The position numbers were made by a program, and so were the translations under genes. Positions 29,750-39,934 of a stretch of 64,000 nucleotides of DNA are shown in pieces. The DNA comes from Armatimonadota bacterium (GTDB lineage: Bacteria; Armatimonadota; UBA5829; DSUL01). The notes under the pieces are model-generated. The model was given only the letters and a program-made list of their open reading frames with translations. It was not told the origin of the DNA and made no database searches. Where the stretch lies: positions 480,001 to 544,000 of the forward strand of contig JBDHZC010000001.1 in the NCBI GenBank assembly GCA_039811685.1, written 5' to 3'. The first letter of the stretch is position 1; the number at the start of each line of letters is the position of its first letter.

Positions 29750-32700
29750 TGCTTACGCGAGTTCTGCACTTCAGCCTGACACAACGCTTCTTCGTAATAG
29801 TGGGAGTGGCTGTTCTGATACTGCTGGGCGTCCTTTCCTGGCGGCAATTGAACATGGACGCCGTGCCAGACATCACGACGAACCAGGTCGTTATCAACAC
29901 CGAAACTCCCGGGATGGCGCCCATTGAAGTGGAGAAGCTGGTCACCTTCCCGATAGAGACTTCGATGGGAGGAATCCCGGACGTTCAGAACGTCCGATCC
30001 CTCTCGCAGTTCGGGCTCTCACAGGTCACGGTGACTTTTGACGACAGCGTGGAGACCTACTTCGCCAGGCAGCTTGTCAACGAACGCCTGCTTGCTGTCA
30101 GGGAGCAACTCCCCCACACAATCGCCGCTCCGCAGATGGGGCCTGTCAGCACCGGACTGGGGGACATCTATCAGTACTCCGTTGAAAGCCAGACCCGCTC
30201 GCCAATGGAGCTTCGCACCATACAGGACTGGCTCATACGCCCGCAGCTTCGCACGGTGCCGGGAGTCGCCGAGGTCAATGCCTCAGGTGGCTACGAGAAG
30301 CAGTATGAGGTTCAGATTGACCCTCAGAAGATGCTGGCCCGCAGTGTCAGTCTCGACCAGATCGTAGAAGCCATCGAAAATAACAACTCGAATGCGGGCG
30401 GCGGCTTCATTGAGCGAAACGGCGAACAGATTCTGGTAAGGAGCCTTGGCCAGACGACTTCGCTGGAAGACATTGGCAACATCGTCGTTGACGCACAGGC
30501 CGGGATACCTGTTTATCTGTCAGACGTTGCGCGGATGCAACTCGGGAGCCCGCAGCGCACCGGACTCAGCACTAAGGATGGTCACGAGGCTGTCATCGGT
30601 ATCGCCCAGATGCTGAAGGGAGCAAACAGCCGGACAGTGTCTCTCGCAGTGGATGAAAAGATCGGGCAGATACGCAAGCAACTCCCAAAGGACGTCACTA
30701 TCACCGAAGTCTACAACCGCTCCGAGCTTGTCAACAGCACCATTCATACGGTTGAGAAGAGTCTTCTGGAAGGCGGGCTGCTTGTTGTCTTCGTGCTGCT
30801 GTTGTTGCTTGGCAATTTCCGAGGCGCGCTCATAGTCGCCTTTGCGATTCCATTGTCCATGCTCTTCGCGATCATCGGCATGAACCGGTTTGGAATCTCC
30901 GGAAACCTCATGAGCCTGGGCGCCATTGACTTTGGAATGATCGTAGACGGCGCGGTTGTGATGGTCGAGAACGCAGTGCGGCGCGTAGCGCTTGCCAGAG
31001 AGAGCAAAGGACAGACTTTGAGCCGCGAAGAAGTGCGGCATACAGTCTGGGAAGCGTCTATGGAGGTAGCAAAGCCTGTCGCGTTCGCCGTCTCCATCAT
31101 CACTGTTGTGTATCTCCCGATTCTCGCGCTTCAGGGCACAGAAGGGAAGATGTTCAAACCTATGGCGTTCACGGTCATCTTCGCGCTCATTGGCGCTCTG
31201 ATTCTGACCCTGACGCTGGTGCCCACGCTGTGCAGCCTGTTCTTGTCCGGCGACACCAGAGAGGGTCGAAATCCAGTAATGGAGTTTATCTACAGGCTCT
31301 ACCGTCCCACACTGGACTGGGCGCTTCGCTCCAGGGCCCTGATTGTCGCGGGCGCAACGTCTATTGTCGCGATAGCTGCGATAGTACTGAGCTTTCTTGG
31401 TTCTGAGTTCATTCCGCAGCTCGACGAAGGCTCGCTCCTGATCCAGCCTGTCCGCATACGCACAGTGGACGAGCATGAGACAATCCGCCTGGTGACGGCG
31501 GTGGAGAAAAAGCTCAAAACCTTTCCAGAGGTCGTCACCGTCTTCTCCAGAAGCGGGACTCCAGAAGTCGCGACTGATCCCATGCCCATGAGCCTGACCG
31601 ACACATTTGTAATGCTCAAGGATCATTCCAAGTGGCGGCGAGGGCTGACAAAAGACGAGCTGATAGATCAGATGGAGGATGCGCTCGCTGAAATACCCGG
31701 ACAGGCATACGCCTTCTCACAGCCTATTCAGATGAGATTCTCCGAGCTTGTCGCGGGGGTGAAGGCGGACGTCGGCATCAAAGTGTACGGAGAAGACCTG
31801 GACGTAGCCAAAGCGCAGGCCGATGAGATCGCCGCGAAGGTGGGCAGGATTCCCGGTGCGCAGGACGTTTCGGTCGAGCAGGTGGACAACATCCCTGTTC
31901 TACAGATCAAGATTGACCGAGCCGCTATCGCGCGTCTAGGCGTCAATGCGTCCGTCATCCAGAGCTGGGTCGCCATAGCGCTTGGTGGGCAGCCACTCAG
32001 CCAAATGGTCGAAGGCGACAAACGCTTCAATATCGCTGTGCGGCTGCCGGAAGCAATCCGCAACGACATTGGAGCCATCAAGAACCTGCCAATATCCACG
32101 CCCGCAGGCGGCTCCGTGCCGCTCGCCAGCCTGGCGCAGATTGCCCTTGTGCCCTCCCCCGCTCAGATAAGCCGCGAAGACGGAAAGCGGCGCGTGCTGG
32201 TGCAGATGAACGTGCGTGGGCGCGATCTGGGCAGCTTTGTCACTGATGCGCAAAACACAATAGACAGGGAGATCACACTGCCAGAGGGCTACTGGTTGTC
32301 GTGGGGCGGAGAGTTCCAGAATCTTGAGAGAGCCAGGACGCGGTTGTTAGTTGTCGTTCCGGTCGCCCTGTCGCTCATATTCCTGCTCCTGTTCATGTCC
32401 TTTGGGTCGTTGAAGCAGGCTGTGCTGATCTTCACGGGAGTTCCTCTGGCGGTCACGGGTGGGGTCTTCGCTCTGGCGGCGCGCGGACTTCCCTTCAGCA
32501 TCTCGGCGGGAGTTGGCTTCATCGCCCTCTCAGGCGTGGCAGTTCTGAACGGCGTGGTGATGGTGAGCGCGGTCAACGATCTGCGTGCGACAGGAGCAGG
32601 CGTTTACGAGGCCGTTCGAGAAGGTGCGCTGCGGCGCCTTCGGCCGGTGCTGATGACCGCGCTGGTCGCCGCGCTCGGCTTTGTTCCGATGGCGCTGAGT

Positions 32701-32844
32701 CACGGAGTCGGTTCAGAGGTGCAGCGCCCTCTGGCAACGGTTGTCATTGGTGGAATCATCTCGAGCACTCTTTTGACCCTCATCGTGCTGCCTGTGCTGT
32801 ATCAGTGGCTAATGAGTGAGTCAGAGACAGCGGCTGAGTTGTGA
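29749..32844 (+). CDS. czcA: Heavy-metal efflux RND transporter, CzcA-type (divalent cations)
   Basis: DAVPDIT..QV, SLSQFGLSQV, TM4 GAIDFGMIVDGAVVMVEN (CzcA-type acidic residues), RLRPVLMTAL, EVQRPLATVVIGG. Confidence 0.92.
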   Translation: MLTRVLHFSLTQRFFVIVGVAVLILLGVLSWRQLNMDAVPDITTNQVVINTETPGMAPIEVEKLVTFPIETSMGGIPDVQNVRSLSQFGLSQVTVTFDDSVETYFARQLVNERLLAVREQLPHTIAAPQMGPVSTGLGDIYQYSVESQTRSPMELRTIQDWLIRPQLRTVPGVAEVNASGGYEKQYEVQIDPQKMLARSVSLDQIVEAIENNNSNAGGGFIERNGEQILVRSLGQTTSLEDIGNIVVDAQAGIPVYLSDVARMQLGSPQRTGLSTKDGHEAVIGIAQMLKGANSRTVSLAVDEKIGQIRKQLPKDVTITEVYNRSELVNSTIHTVEKSLLEGGLLVVFVLLLLLGNFRGALIVAFAIPLSMLFAIIGMNRFGISGNLMSLGAIDFGMIVDGAVVMVENAVRRVALARESKGQTLSREEVRHTVWEASMEVAKPVAFAVSIITVVYLPILALQGTEGKMFKPMAFTVIFALIGALILTLTLVPTLCSLFLSGDTREGRNPVMEFIYRLYRPTLDWALRSRALIVAGATSIVAIAAIVLSFLGSEFIPQLDEGSLLIQPVRIRTVDEHETIRLVTAVEKKLKTFPEVVTVFSRSGTPEVATDPMPMSLTDTFVMLKDHSKWRRGLTKDELIDQMEDALAEIPGQAYAFSQPIQMRFSELVAGVKADVGIKVYGEDLDVAKAQADEIAAKVGRIPGAQDVSVEQVDNIPVLQIKIDRAAIARLGVNASVIQSWVAIALGGQPLSQMVEGDKRFNIAVRLPEAIRNDIGAIKNLPISTPAGGSVPLASLAQIALVPSPAQISREDGKRRVLVQMNVRGRDLGSFVTDAQNTIDREITLPEGYWLSWGGEFQNLERARTRLLVVVPVALSLIFLLLFMSFGSLKQAVLIFTGVPLAVTGGVFALAARGLPFSISAGVGFIALSGVAVLNGVVMVSAVNDLRATGAGVYEAVREGALRRLRPVLMTALVAALGFVPMALSHGVGSEVQRPLATVVIGGIISSTLLTLIVLPVLYQWLMSESETAAEL

Positions 32845-33135
32845 TAGCGGCTGGAAACCCCGCTTCGCACACGACGCGGCAACTCACTGCCTGCCCTCTT
32901 GCAGGGTAGAAGGAAAGCGCACATGGCGAGACCCTGACAAAAAATGCGTATCCGTCTCAATTGCATTTAATGATATACTTAGAAGCGGACGTGAACATTC
33001 AGATTTTGGACACATGGGGAGCGCGGGCATGATCAGACGCAGGACGCCGGAGGCTCCTAGCCGGCCGGTGATGGATGTGGGAATGTCGGGCGTTGGAGCT
33101 CTCGGGCTCAGCCGGAAGAAGGGCCGCTAACTGAG

Positions 33136-34752
33136 ATGGGCAGAGGGCGGAAGATTCGATGGTGTGCTTCCTTCCGCGCGTTTGCTTCCACTGCCGCGTG
33201 CGCGCTGATAAGCGCGCCGCACTGCCACAGCGGAGTTGTCTTTAGGCCTGCCCAGACTATTGCTTCTGACTGCGGGCAGTACTCTTCTCTCAAGATAGAT
33301 CCCGCCGGGCTGGCGCATATCGCATGCCGCGATCACGTCCGCTCCGACCTGGTGTACTTCAAGAGCTCACCTCCCGGCGCGTGGACGCGCGAGACTGTTG
33401 ACGCTGACGGTGATGTCGGACGCTTTGCCTCACTCGCTCTCACCTCGGACGGACGGCCGGTCGTGGCTTACCTGGACTTCTGGAATGGACGGCTCAAGAT
33501 TGCGGAACGCACAACATCAGGATGGTCGGTCGAGAGCGTCGCAGGGCCCCCGTGCTCCGGCTGGTACTGTTCGCTGGCGCTGGATTCGGAAGATCGTCCA
33601 CACATAGCTTTCAGCGCATGCGCTTCTCCTGCGCTCTATTTTGCGTCGCGCGCGTCTTCCGGCGCTTGGACGTTGGAGACGGTCGACAGCGCGGGAGACG
33701 TGGGACTGTACGCGTCGCTGGAACTATGGGACAATAATCCCCGTATCAGCTACTACGACCGGGATCGTGGGCACTTGAAGTTCGCGGAGCGCGTGGCAGA
33801 TGGATGGAGTGTGACCACCGTTGATGACGGTGACCGGGTCGGTTTGGACACTTCGCTGGCGCTAGATGAGGCCGGGGAGCCGCACATCAGCTACTGGGAT
33901 CAGAAGAACGGCCTCTTGAAGTACGCCTTCCGGGAAGGTGGCGTCTGGCATGTGGAGACCGTTGACGCCGAGCCGTACGGAGGGTATGAAAGCAGCCTCA
34001 GTTTGTCGGGAGGAATTCGCGTTTCCTATGAGGGCGCAACTGGACTCAGAGTCGCTGAGCGTATCGATGGTTGCTGGCGAATCTGGAAACTTGACGATAA
34101 AAGCTCTGCCGTAGGCTACACATCACTGGCAGTGGACAGATCGGACAATCCGATCATCTCCTACTTTCGGCTGTCAACTCAGTCACTGGAGATGCGCTCG
34201 GGTTGGGCGGAGGCAAGCGCGCGGCAGTTGGCTGGCTCCAACGTGGTTTCGCCAGGCGTCGCCCGCACCTACCAAAACGGACAATGCGCGATGGTGGACG
34301 GCATTATTACGTCCGACGGTGGACATGCGGGGTGGTGGCTCGAAGCCACAGATAGATCGGCCGCTTTGCAGATAAGGGCTCCAGTTGGGTGCGGTCTGCC
34401 GGCAAGAGGTGATCTTGTGAAGGCTCTGGGCATGTTGGAGACTGCTTCCGACGGGTCGGTCAGGCTTCAGTTGTGTTCATTTGTATCCAGTGCTCCTGCG
34501 CAAGGCCCAAAACCGCTCGTTGTTGCGCGCGCCCACCATCTCGCTGACGGCTTGCTGTGCACTGTTGCCGGAGTTGTTTGGGTTACGAAGGGCGGCATGG
34601 AGGTAGGAGGGATGACTCTCGAGTTGCCGACAGGTTGGAGCGCCCCTCCGGCAGGAGCGTTTGCCATCGTAACGGGCATCCTGCGGGCAGGCTTGTCCTC
34701 TACCTCGATCACTCCGCGCAGTTCTGGGGACGTCATTGCGATCGGCCAGTAG
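33136..34752 (+). CDS. Secreted beta-propeller repeat protein with conserved C-terminal module
   Basis: Signal-like N-terminus; about 6-7 repeats of W..ETVD..GDVG...SLALD..G.PHISY.D...LK.A. The C-terminal 170 aa are similar to the C-terminus of 47537..52315. Confidence 0.75.
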   Translation: MGRGRKIRWCASFRAFASTAACALISAPHCHSGVVFRPAQTIASDCGQYSSLKIDPAGLAHIACRDHVRSDLVYFKSSPPGAWTRETVDADGDVGRFASLALTSDGRPVVAYLDFWNGRLKIAERTTSGWSVESVAGPPCSGWYCSLALDSEDRPHIAFSACASPALYFASRASSGAWTLETVDSAGDVGLYASLELWDNNPRISYYDRDRGHLKFAERVADGWSVTTVDDGDRVGLDTSLALDEAGEPHISYWDQKNGLLKYAFREGGVWHVETVDAEPYGGYESSLSLSGGIRVSYEGATGLRVAERIDGCWRIWKLDDKSSAVGYTSLAVDRSDNPIISYFRLSTQSLEMRSGWAEASARQLAGSNVVSPGVARTYQNGQCAMVDGIITSDGGHAGWWLEATDRSAALQIRAPVGCGLPARGDLVKALGMLETASDGSVRLQLCSFVSSAPAQGPKPLVVARAHHLADGLLCTVAGVVWVTKGGMEVGGMTLELPTGWSAPPAGAFAIVTGILRAGLSSTSITPRSSGDVIAIGQ

Positions 34753-36097
34753 AGCTACGCTTCTTTCACACGCAGCGCTCATCGTCCTTCTGGCTATCCT
34801 GCCGTTCGCGCGGGCCATACGGGGTCCGTTCATCTGGGACGATCGCTACCTTCTTTCACAGATACAGAACCAGGACTTGAGTGGCATTCTGAGGGGCAGT
34901 TTCATTGAGCGCCCAGGTGAAAGCCGCGGTGACTACTATCGCCCGTTGGTCTCGCTGTCTCTGGCTGCGGACACGGCCATATGGGGCGAAACGCCAATGG
35001 GGTTCCACCTCACGAATATGGGCATTTACGCGCTATGCGCTCTGGCGGCGTGGTTGCTGGCGCTGCGGTGGCTTTCGGCGGGTCCAGCGTTCACTGCTGC
35101 CGCCATCTTTGCTGTTTATCCTGTGCACTGCGAGCCGGTATGCTGGATATCCGGGAGAACAGACTTGCTTGCAGGACTCTTCATCCTCCTGACGGTGTTG
35201 ACGTACCTTCGTCTGCGAGGAAGCGGGAAGGAGTATGTCGCTCTGCTGTTTGCTCTAATGGCTCTGCTGGCCAAAGAGAGCGCAGCGGCAATAGTGCTGC
35301 TCGTTCCAATCAGTCTGTGGATGGAGGGCGAGCGCAAGTTCAAATCGTTGGCGCTGCCCGGAGTAGCGCTGGCTGTGGTGGCAGGAACGTACTTTGGGAT
35401 CCGGGCGCTGACGCTCCCCGTGACGCCGCCCCACCCTCCCGGTTCACTACCTGGCCAGCTTAGCGTGGCCGCTTACAGCCTCCTCATGCACTTTCAGATG
35501 CTCGCGCTGCCGAGCACTGCCCGGCTTGGCTATCCAGTAGTAACGGAAGAGGTCGCAAACCTGTCAACCTGGTTTTTTGTGGCAGGGCTGCTGAGTATTG
35601 CTATTTTCGCCTGGCAGGAACGCCGCGCCCATCCTGTGCCCTGGTTTTCAACAGCGTGGTTTGGCGCATGCCTGCTGCCTGTGCTTGGTTCCGCCGTCGG
35701 TCTCAGCGGCACTGTCGTGGCTCAGCGATATGTCTTCACGGCTTCGATCGCTGCGGCAATTCTGCTGGCCTGGGCCCTTTCGCGCCTGCCTGTCACACTG
35801 GCAAGACCGTTCGCAGCCGGCCTGATTGCGGCGCTGATGGCTTTGTCTTTCAGCCGGGCCGGGCTCTGGGCGGATGATCTGGTTTTCTGGCGACAGATGG
35901 TTGCGGACGCGCCAACGATGGGTTGGGGCTATTACAATCTTGGAAACGTGGCGGTGGAGCGCCAGAATCTACCCCTGGCATTGAACAGTTACAAAGCCGC
36001 CGCGGCCTTGATGCCAGATGAGCGGTTGCCACAGAACGCGCTGGAAGAAGTGCGCGAGCTTCTCGCAGCCCAGACGCGCTCACAGCCTCGGCGCTAG
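34736..36097 (+). CDS. Multi-TM GT-C glycosyltransferase, TMTC/protein O-mannosyltransferase-like, with C-terminal TPR
   Basis: FIWDD, YYRPL..LS, FHLTN, PVHCEPV.WISGR.D, LLAKE, QRY motifs; C-terminal YYNLG..A TPR. Confidence 0.75.
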   Translation: MRSASRATLLSHAALIVLLAILPFARAIRGPFIWDDRYLLSQIQNQDLSGILRGSFIERPGESRGDYYRPLVSLSLAADTAIWGETPMGFHLTNMGIYALCALAAWLLALRWLSAGPAFTAAAIFAVYPVHCEPVCWISGRTDLLAGLFILLTVLTYLRLRGSGKEYVALLFALMALLAKESAAAIVLLVPISLWMEGERKFKSLALPGVALAVVAGTYFGIRALTLPVTPPHPPGSLPGQLSVAAYSLLMHFQMLALPSTARLGYPVVTEEVANLSTWFFVAGLLSIAIFAWQERRAHPVPWFSTAWFGACLLPVLGSAVGLSGTVVAQRYVFTASIAAAILLAWALSRLPVTLARPFAAGLIAALMALSFSRAGLWADDLVFWRQMVADAPTMGWGYYNLGNVAVERQNLPLALNSYKAAAALMPDERLPQNALEEVRELLAAQTRSQPRR

Positions 36098-36129
36098 ACT
36101 CGTCTTTCTCGTCCAAGGCATGCGTTGTA

Positions 36130-36138
36130 TGGTATACT
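36130..36138 (+). promoter_or_regulatory. Extended -10 promoter directly before rnhA
   Basis: TGGTATACT, 9 nt before the ATG at 36148; no Shine-Dalgarno in between. Confidence 0.5.
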
Positions 36139-36147
36139 CCTCACGCA

Positions 36148-36648
36148 ATGTCTGGCTCCAATCCCCTCCCTAAGACCAACTCGTCTGGCGACATCAAAAG
36201 GAAACGTCCGCAGGTGACCATTTTCTCTGATGGCGGAGCGTCCCCCAACCCAGGTCCGGGAGCGTGGGCGGCCATTCTGCGGTCAATACACAAAGAAAAA
36301 GAGATTTCGGGAGGCGAGGATCACACCACAAACAACCGAATGGAGCTGACAGCGCTTGTCCGGGCTTTGGAGGAGCTCAAAAAGCCCTGCAACGTCACAG
36401 TCGTAACAGACAGCCAGTATCTGATGCATGCTTTCACAGATGGGTGGCTTGAGAAATGGAAGAGAAACGGCTGGAAGACTGCGGGCAAAGGCGCGGTCAA
36501 AAACCAGGATCTGTGGATGGAGCTGGATGAGCTGATGCAGGAACACGCTGTAAGCTGGGAATGGACGAAAGGACACGCAGGACATGCTGAAAATGAGCGC
36601 GTGGACGCACTGGCGACGGAGACGCGCAAACGCCTTTACGGAGTCTGA
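36148..36648 (+). CDS. rnhA: Ribonuclease HI
   Basis: [52 protein letters not shown]. Confidence 0.96.
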   Translation: MSGSNPLPKTNSSGDIKRKRPQVTIFSDGGASPNPGPGAWAAILRSIHKEKEISGGEDHTTNNRMELTALVRALEELKKPCNVTVVTDSQYLMHAFTDGWLEKWKRNGWKTAGKGAVKNQDLWMELDELMQEHAVSWEWTKGHAGHAENERVDALATETRKRLYGV

Positions 36649-36724
36649 AAGCTCGCTCAGTCCCGGCAGAATGGACCGGCAGCGGACTCACCTACTGCGC
36701 AGATAGAATGCGCTGAGGCGTCTG

Positions 36725-38266
36725 TTATTCGTTCTCGACATCTTTGTGGGGAGGCGCTTCTTCCAGCAGTGTGGGCTGCAACCAGGTTCGCCCATCTCGC
36801 GCAATCAGCAACTCCGCAGACTCCGGACCCCACGTTCCGGCCTGATAGTTGGCGAAATCCGTCGGAGGAACCTGCGACCATACATCCAGTATAGGCATTA
36901 GCAGTGACCAGCCGCACTCCACCTGGTCCGCCCGCATGAACAACGTGCTGTCATCGGTCATCACATCCCATAGCAACGTTTCATAGGCATCCGGAGACGG
37001 CGTCTGAAAAGCCTGCCGGTAGCTGAAGCGCATGTCCACCGGGCTGAGGCGGATATGCTGACCAGGCTGTTTAGCCTGGAACTTCAACACAATTCCCTCA
37101 TCCGGCTGAATGCAGATAACCAGCCCTGCCGGCTGGTAACCTATGGTGCTTTCGCGTGGGAACGACTGGTGCGGCACGGCCCCAAAGCGGATGGAGATTT
37201 CCGAAACCTGTCGCGGCAGGCGCTTACCAGTCCGCAGATAGAACGGTACGTCCTGCCAGCGCCAGTTGTCAACAAACAGTTTCAAAGCCGCAAAAGTTTC
37301 GGTTGAAGAGTTCGGGGCGACATCCGGCTCTTCACGATAGCCCTGCACATGCTCACCCTCCAGCCATCCGGGCCCGTACTGTCCCCTGGCTGTCACGGCG
37401 GCGACGTCATGTTCAGTAATCGGGTGGATCGCATGCAGGACGTCGGTTTTCTTGTTGCGGATCTCATCGGCTTCAAAAGAAACTGGAGGCTCCATCGCAA
37501 TGAGGCACAGGAGTTGAAGCAAGTGGTTCTGTACCATGTCGCGCAGCGCGCCCGCCTTGTCGTAGTAGCCGCCTCTGCGCCCCACTCCGACCTGCTCGGC
37601 TACGGTAATTGTGACGTGGTCCACGTACCTCCGGTTCCAGACCGGCTCAAAACAGGCGTTGGCAAATCGAAACGCCAGAATGTTCTGCACAGTCTCCTTA
37701 CCGAGATAGTGGTCGATGCGGAAAATCTGGCGCTCCTGAAAATGTCTTCGCAGTACGCTGTTGATCGCCATCGCTGAATCTTTGTCGTGTCCGATAGGCT
37801 TCTCAACGACTATTCGCGCGCGGTCACGCTCCGCCGCCAGCTTTGCGTCACCCAGTCTGCAGGCAATATCCTCGATGATGCCCGGAGGAATCGCCAGATA
37901 GAACACCTGCGCGGCGTTGGCCTTCCACTTTTTCTCAGTCTCATCTATGCGTTTGCGAAGATCATCGTAATAGCTCGCATCGGTGATATCGAAGCGCAAG
38001 TAAGAAACGTGCGCGGCAAACTCATTCCACCGGTCAGCAGGCGCGGGGCCTGTTCGGGAGAATTGATCGACGCCGTCCTTCAGATAGGCGCGAATGGATT
38101 CATCAGTGTGCTCGACGCGGTCGATGCACAGAAGCTGAAAGCGTTCAGGTAGCCCGGACTCCAAAAACAGGTTGAACAGCGCGGGGACGAGCTTCCGGTG
38201 CGTCAAGTCGCCCGCGGCGCCGAAGATGACGAGAATAGTCGGTTCAGGACGAAGGTAGTGAGGCAT
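36725..38266 (-). CDS. zwf: Glucose-6-phosphate 1-dehydrogenase
   Basis: [50 protein letters not shown]. Confidence 0.96.
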   Translation of the reverse strand: MPHYLRPEPTILVIFGAAGDLTHRKLVPALFNLFLESGLPERFQLLCIDRVEHTDESIRAYLKDGVDQFSRTGPAPADRWNEFAAHVSYLRFDITDASYYDDLRKRIDETEKKWKANAAQVFYLAIPPGIIEDIACRLGDAKLAAERDRARIVVEKPIGHDKDSAMAINSVLRRHFQERQIFRIDHYLGKETVQNILAFRFANACFEPVWNRRYVDHVTITVAEQVGVGRRGGYYDKAGALRDMVQNHLLQLLCLIAMEPPVSFEADEIRNKKTDVLHAIHPITEHDVAAVTARGQYGPGWLEGEHVQGYREEPDVAPNSSTETFAALKLFVDNWRWQDVPFYLRTGKRLPRQVSEISIRFGAVPHQSFPRESTIGYQPAGLVICIQPDEGIVLKFQAKQPGQHIRLSPVDMRFSYRQAFQTPSPDAYETLLWDVMTDDSTLFMRADQVECGWSLLMPILDVWSQVPPTDFANYQAGTWGPESAELLIARDGRTWLQPTLLEEAPPHKDVENE

Positions 38267-39695
38267 TTGCCAAATCTTTCTGCCACTCAGTGTGGAAGAC
38301 ACCGGGTTCATCGGTTCGCTCGTACGTGTGAGCTCCGAAGTAGTCCCGTTGAGCCTGGATAAGGTTGGCCGGCAGCCATGCGCTGCGGTAGGCGTCGAAA
38401 AAGCTCAGTGATGTCATCAGCGCAGGCGCTGGCACGCCCATAGCCGCCGCTGCGCAAACCACGTCCCGAAGCCCCGCCTGGCGCTTCGTAAGCTGATCGG
38501 CGATCTCTTCATCGAAAAGCAGGCTGGGTAGATCAGGCTGGCGCAGAAGCGCCGTTCTGATGTCGTTGAGCATGCGGGAGCGGATGATACATCCACCGCG
38601 CCAGATACTGGCGATGTCCGCCGGAAGCAGGTCATATCCGTGCTTGTCAGACGCTACTCTTAACAACGACATTCCCTGCGCATAGGCCAGAAGTGCGCCA
38701 GCATACACTGCGTCCGCCAGCGAGTCTTTCAGGTGCTCAGCATTCTCACACTCCTCAGGCGCCGGACCTCCAAGTAACTTACTGGCCTCCACACGCTGCT
38801 GTTTGTAGCCGGACAGATCACGCATGCCCACCGCGATATCAATGACCGGCGCGGGAAACTGGAGCTGCAACGCTTCCTGAGACGTCCACTGACCCGTGCC
38901 TTTCTGCCGAGCCTGATCCGAGATAGAGTTAAGCAGCAGGTCTCCGGTCTTGTTGTCGCGGTAGCGGAAAATGTCCGCTGTTATCTCCATCAGAAATCCG
39001 TTGAGATCCCCCCTGGACCACCCGTCAAAGGTTTCTCCGATTGTTGCGTCATCCAGACCCATTCCCCGTTTCATGAAGTCATAGGCCTCAGCGATGATCT
39101 GCATGATTGCGTATTCGATGCCGTTGTGAACCATCTTCACGTAGTGCCCCGCGCCACCTGGACCAAGGTACGTCACACAGGGTTCCCCTTCCGCCCGGGC
39201 CGCGACATCCGTCAGGACTCTTTCAAGACGCTGATAAGCCTCCCGCTTGCCGCCAGGCATAATGCTTGGCCCGTGACGCGCGCCTTCCGCCCCACCCGAG
39301 ATGCCCACGCCCATAAAGGTGATACCAGTCGGCTCCAATTCGGCAATGCGTCTTTCGGTGTCCAGAAAAAAAGAGTTCCCGCCGTCAACAATGAGGTCAC
39401 CGGCTTCGAGCAGTGGACGAAGATCGGAAATGACAAGGTCAACCGGTGCGCCGGCAGGGACAAGGAGCATAACCGCTCGCGGTTTGCGCAGTAGCTTCAC
39501 GAGATCAGACAAGCTTTGCGCTGCCTGGATGTCCCGCTGACCCGCTTCGCGCTTCAACGCTTCCGACTTGGCACTGTCCAGATCGAAGCCTGCGACCGAG
39601 TGGCCATGATCGGCCATGTTCAGCAGCAGGTTTCTGCCCATAGTACCCAGACCAATCATGCCAAGCTCGTAGTGTCCCTGCGCCATTTGTGACAT
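38244..39695 (-). CDS. gnd: 6-phosphogluconate dehydrogenase, NADP-dependent, decarboxylating
   Basis: [54 protein letters not shown]. Strong GAGGAG SD before ATG 39695. Confidence 0.96.
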   Translation of the reverse strand: MSQMAQGHYELGMIGLGTMGRNLLLNMADHGHSVAGFDLDSAKSEALKREAGQRDIQAAQSLSDLVKLLRKPRAVMLLVPAGAPVDLVISDLRPLLEAGDLIVDGGNSFFLDTERRIAELEPTGITFMGVGISGGAEGARHGPSIMPGGKREAYQRLERVLTDVAARAEGEPCVTYLGPGGAGHYVKMVHNGIEYAIMQIIAEAYDFMKRGMGLDDATIGETFDGWSRGDLNGFLMEITADIFRYRDNKTGDLLLNSISDQARQKGTGQWTSQEALQLQFPAPVIDIAVGMRDLSGYKQQRVEASKLLGGPAPEECENAEHLKDSLADAVYAGALLAYAQGMSLLRVASDKHGYDLLPADIASIWRGGCIIRSRMLNDIRTALLRQPDLPSLLFDEEIADQLTKRQAGLRDVVCAAAAMGVPAPALMTSLSFFDAYRSAWLPANLIQAQRDYFGAHTYERTDEPGVFHTEWQKDLANASLPSS

Positions 39696-39934
39696 CTCCT
39701 CCTCCCGTTGGTGCGAACGGCAGTTACCACGTTCACTTACCCATCCTGCGTCTGCTTTGAACCAGATAAGCGTGCAGGCGTAGCAGGAGTGTACACGCTG
39801 GTTTCGCCTTCCGGCTAGTGACGATGAAGATCGGAGTAAACACGGCAAAGAGAAACAACCTCACGCTGTGAGACTGTTGAGACTGCCTGGTCGGCCAGAT
39901 AGCAGCTACAAGAGGCTCAGGCACAAAGGAAACG

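Noticed and set aside
32845..33135. ncRNA or small ORF between czcA and the propeller gene (also 53996-54356)
   Set aside because: No recognisable RNA motif or convincing coding signal by eye; an Rfam scan would be needed.
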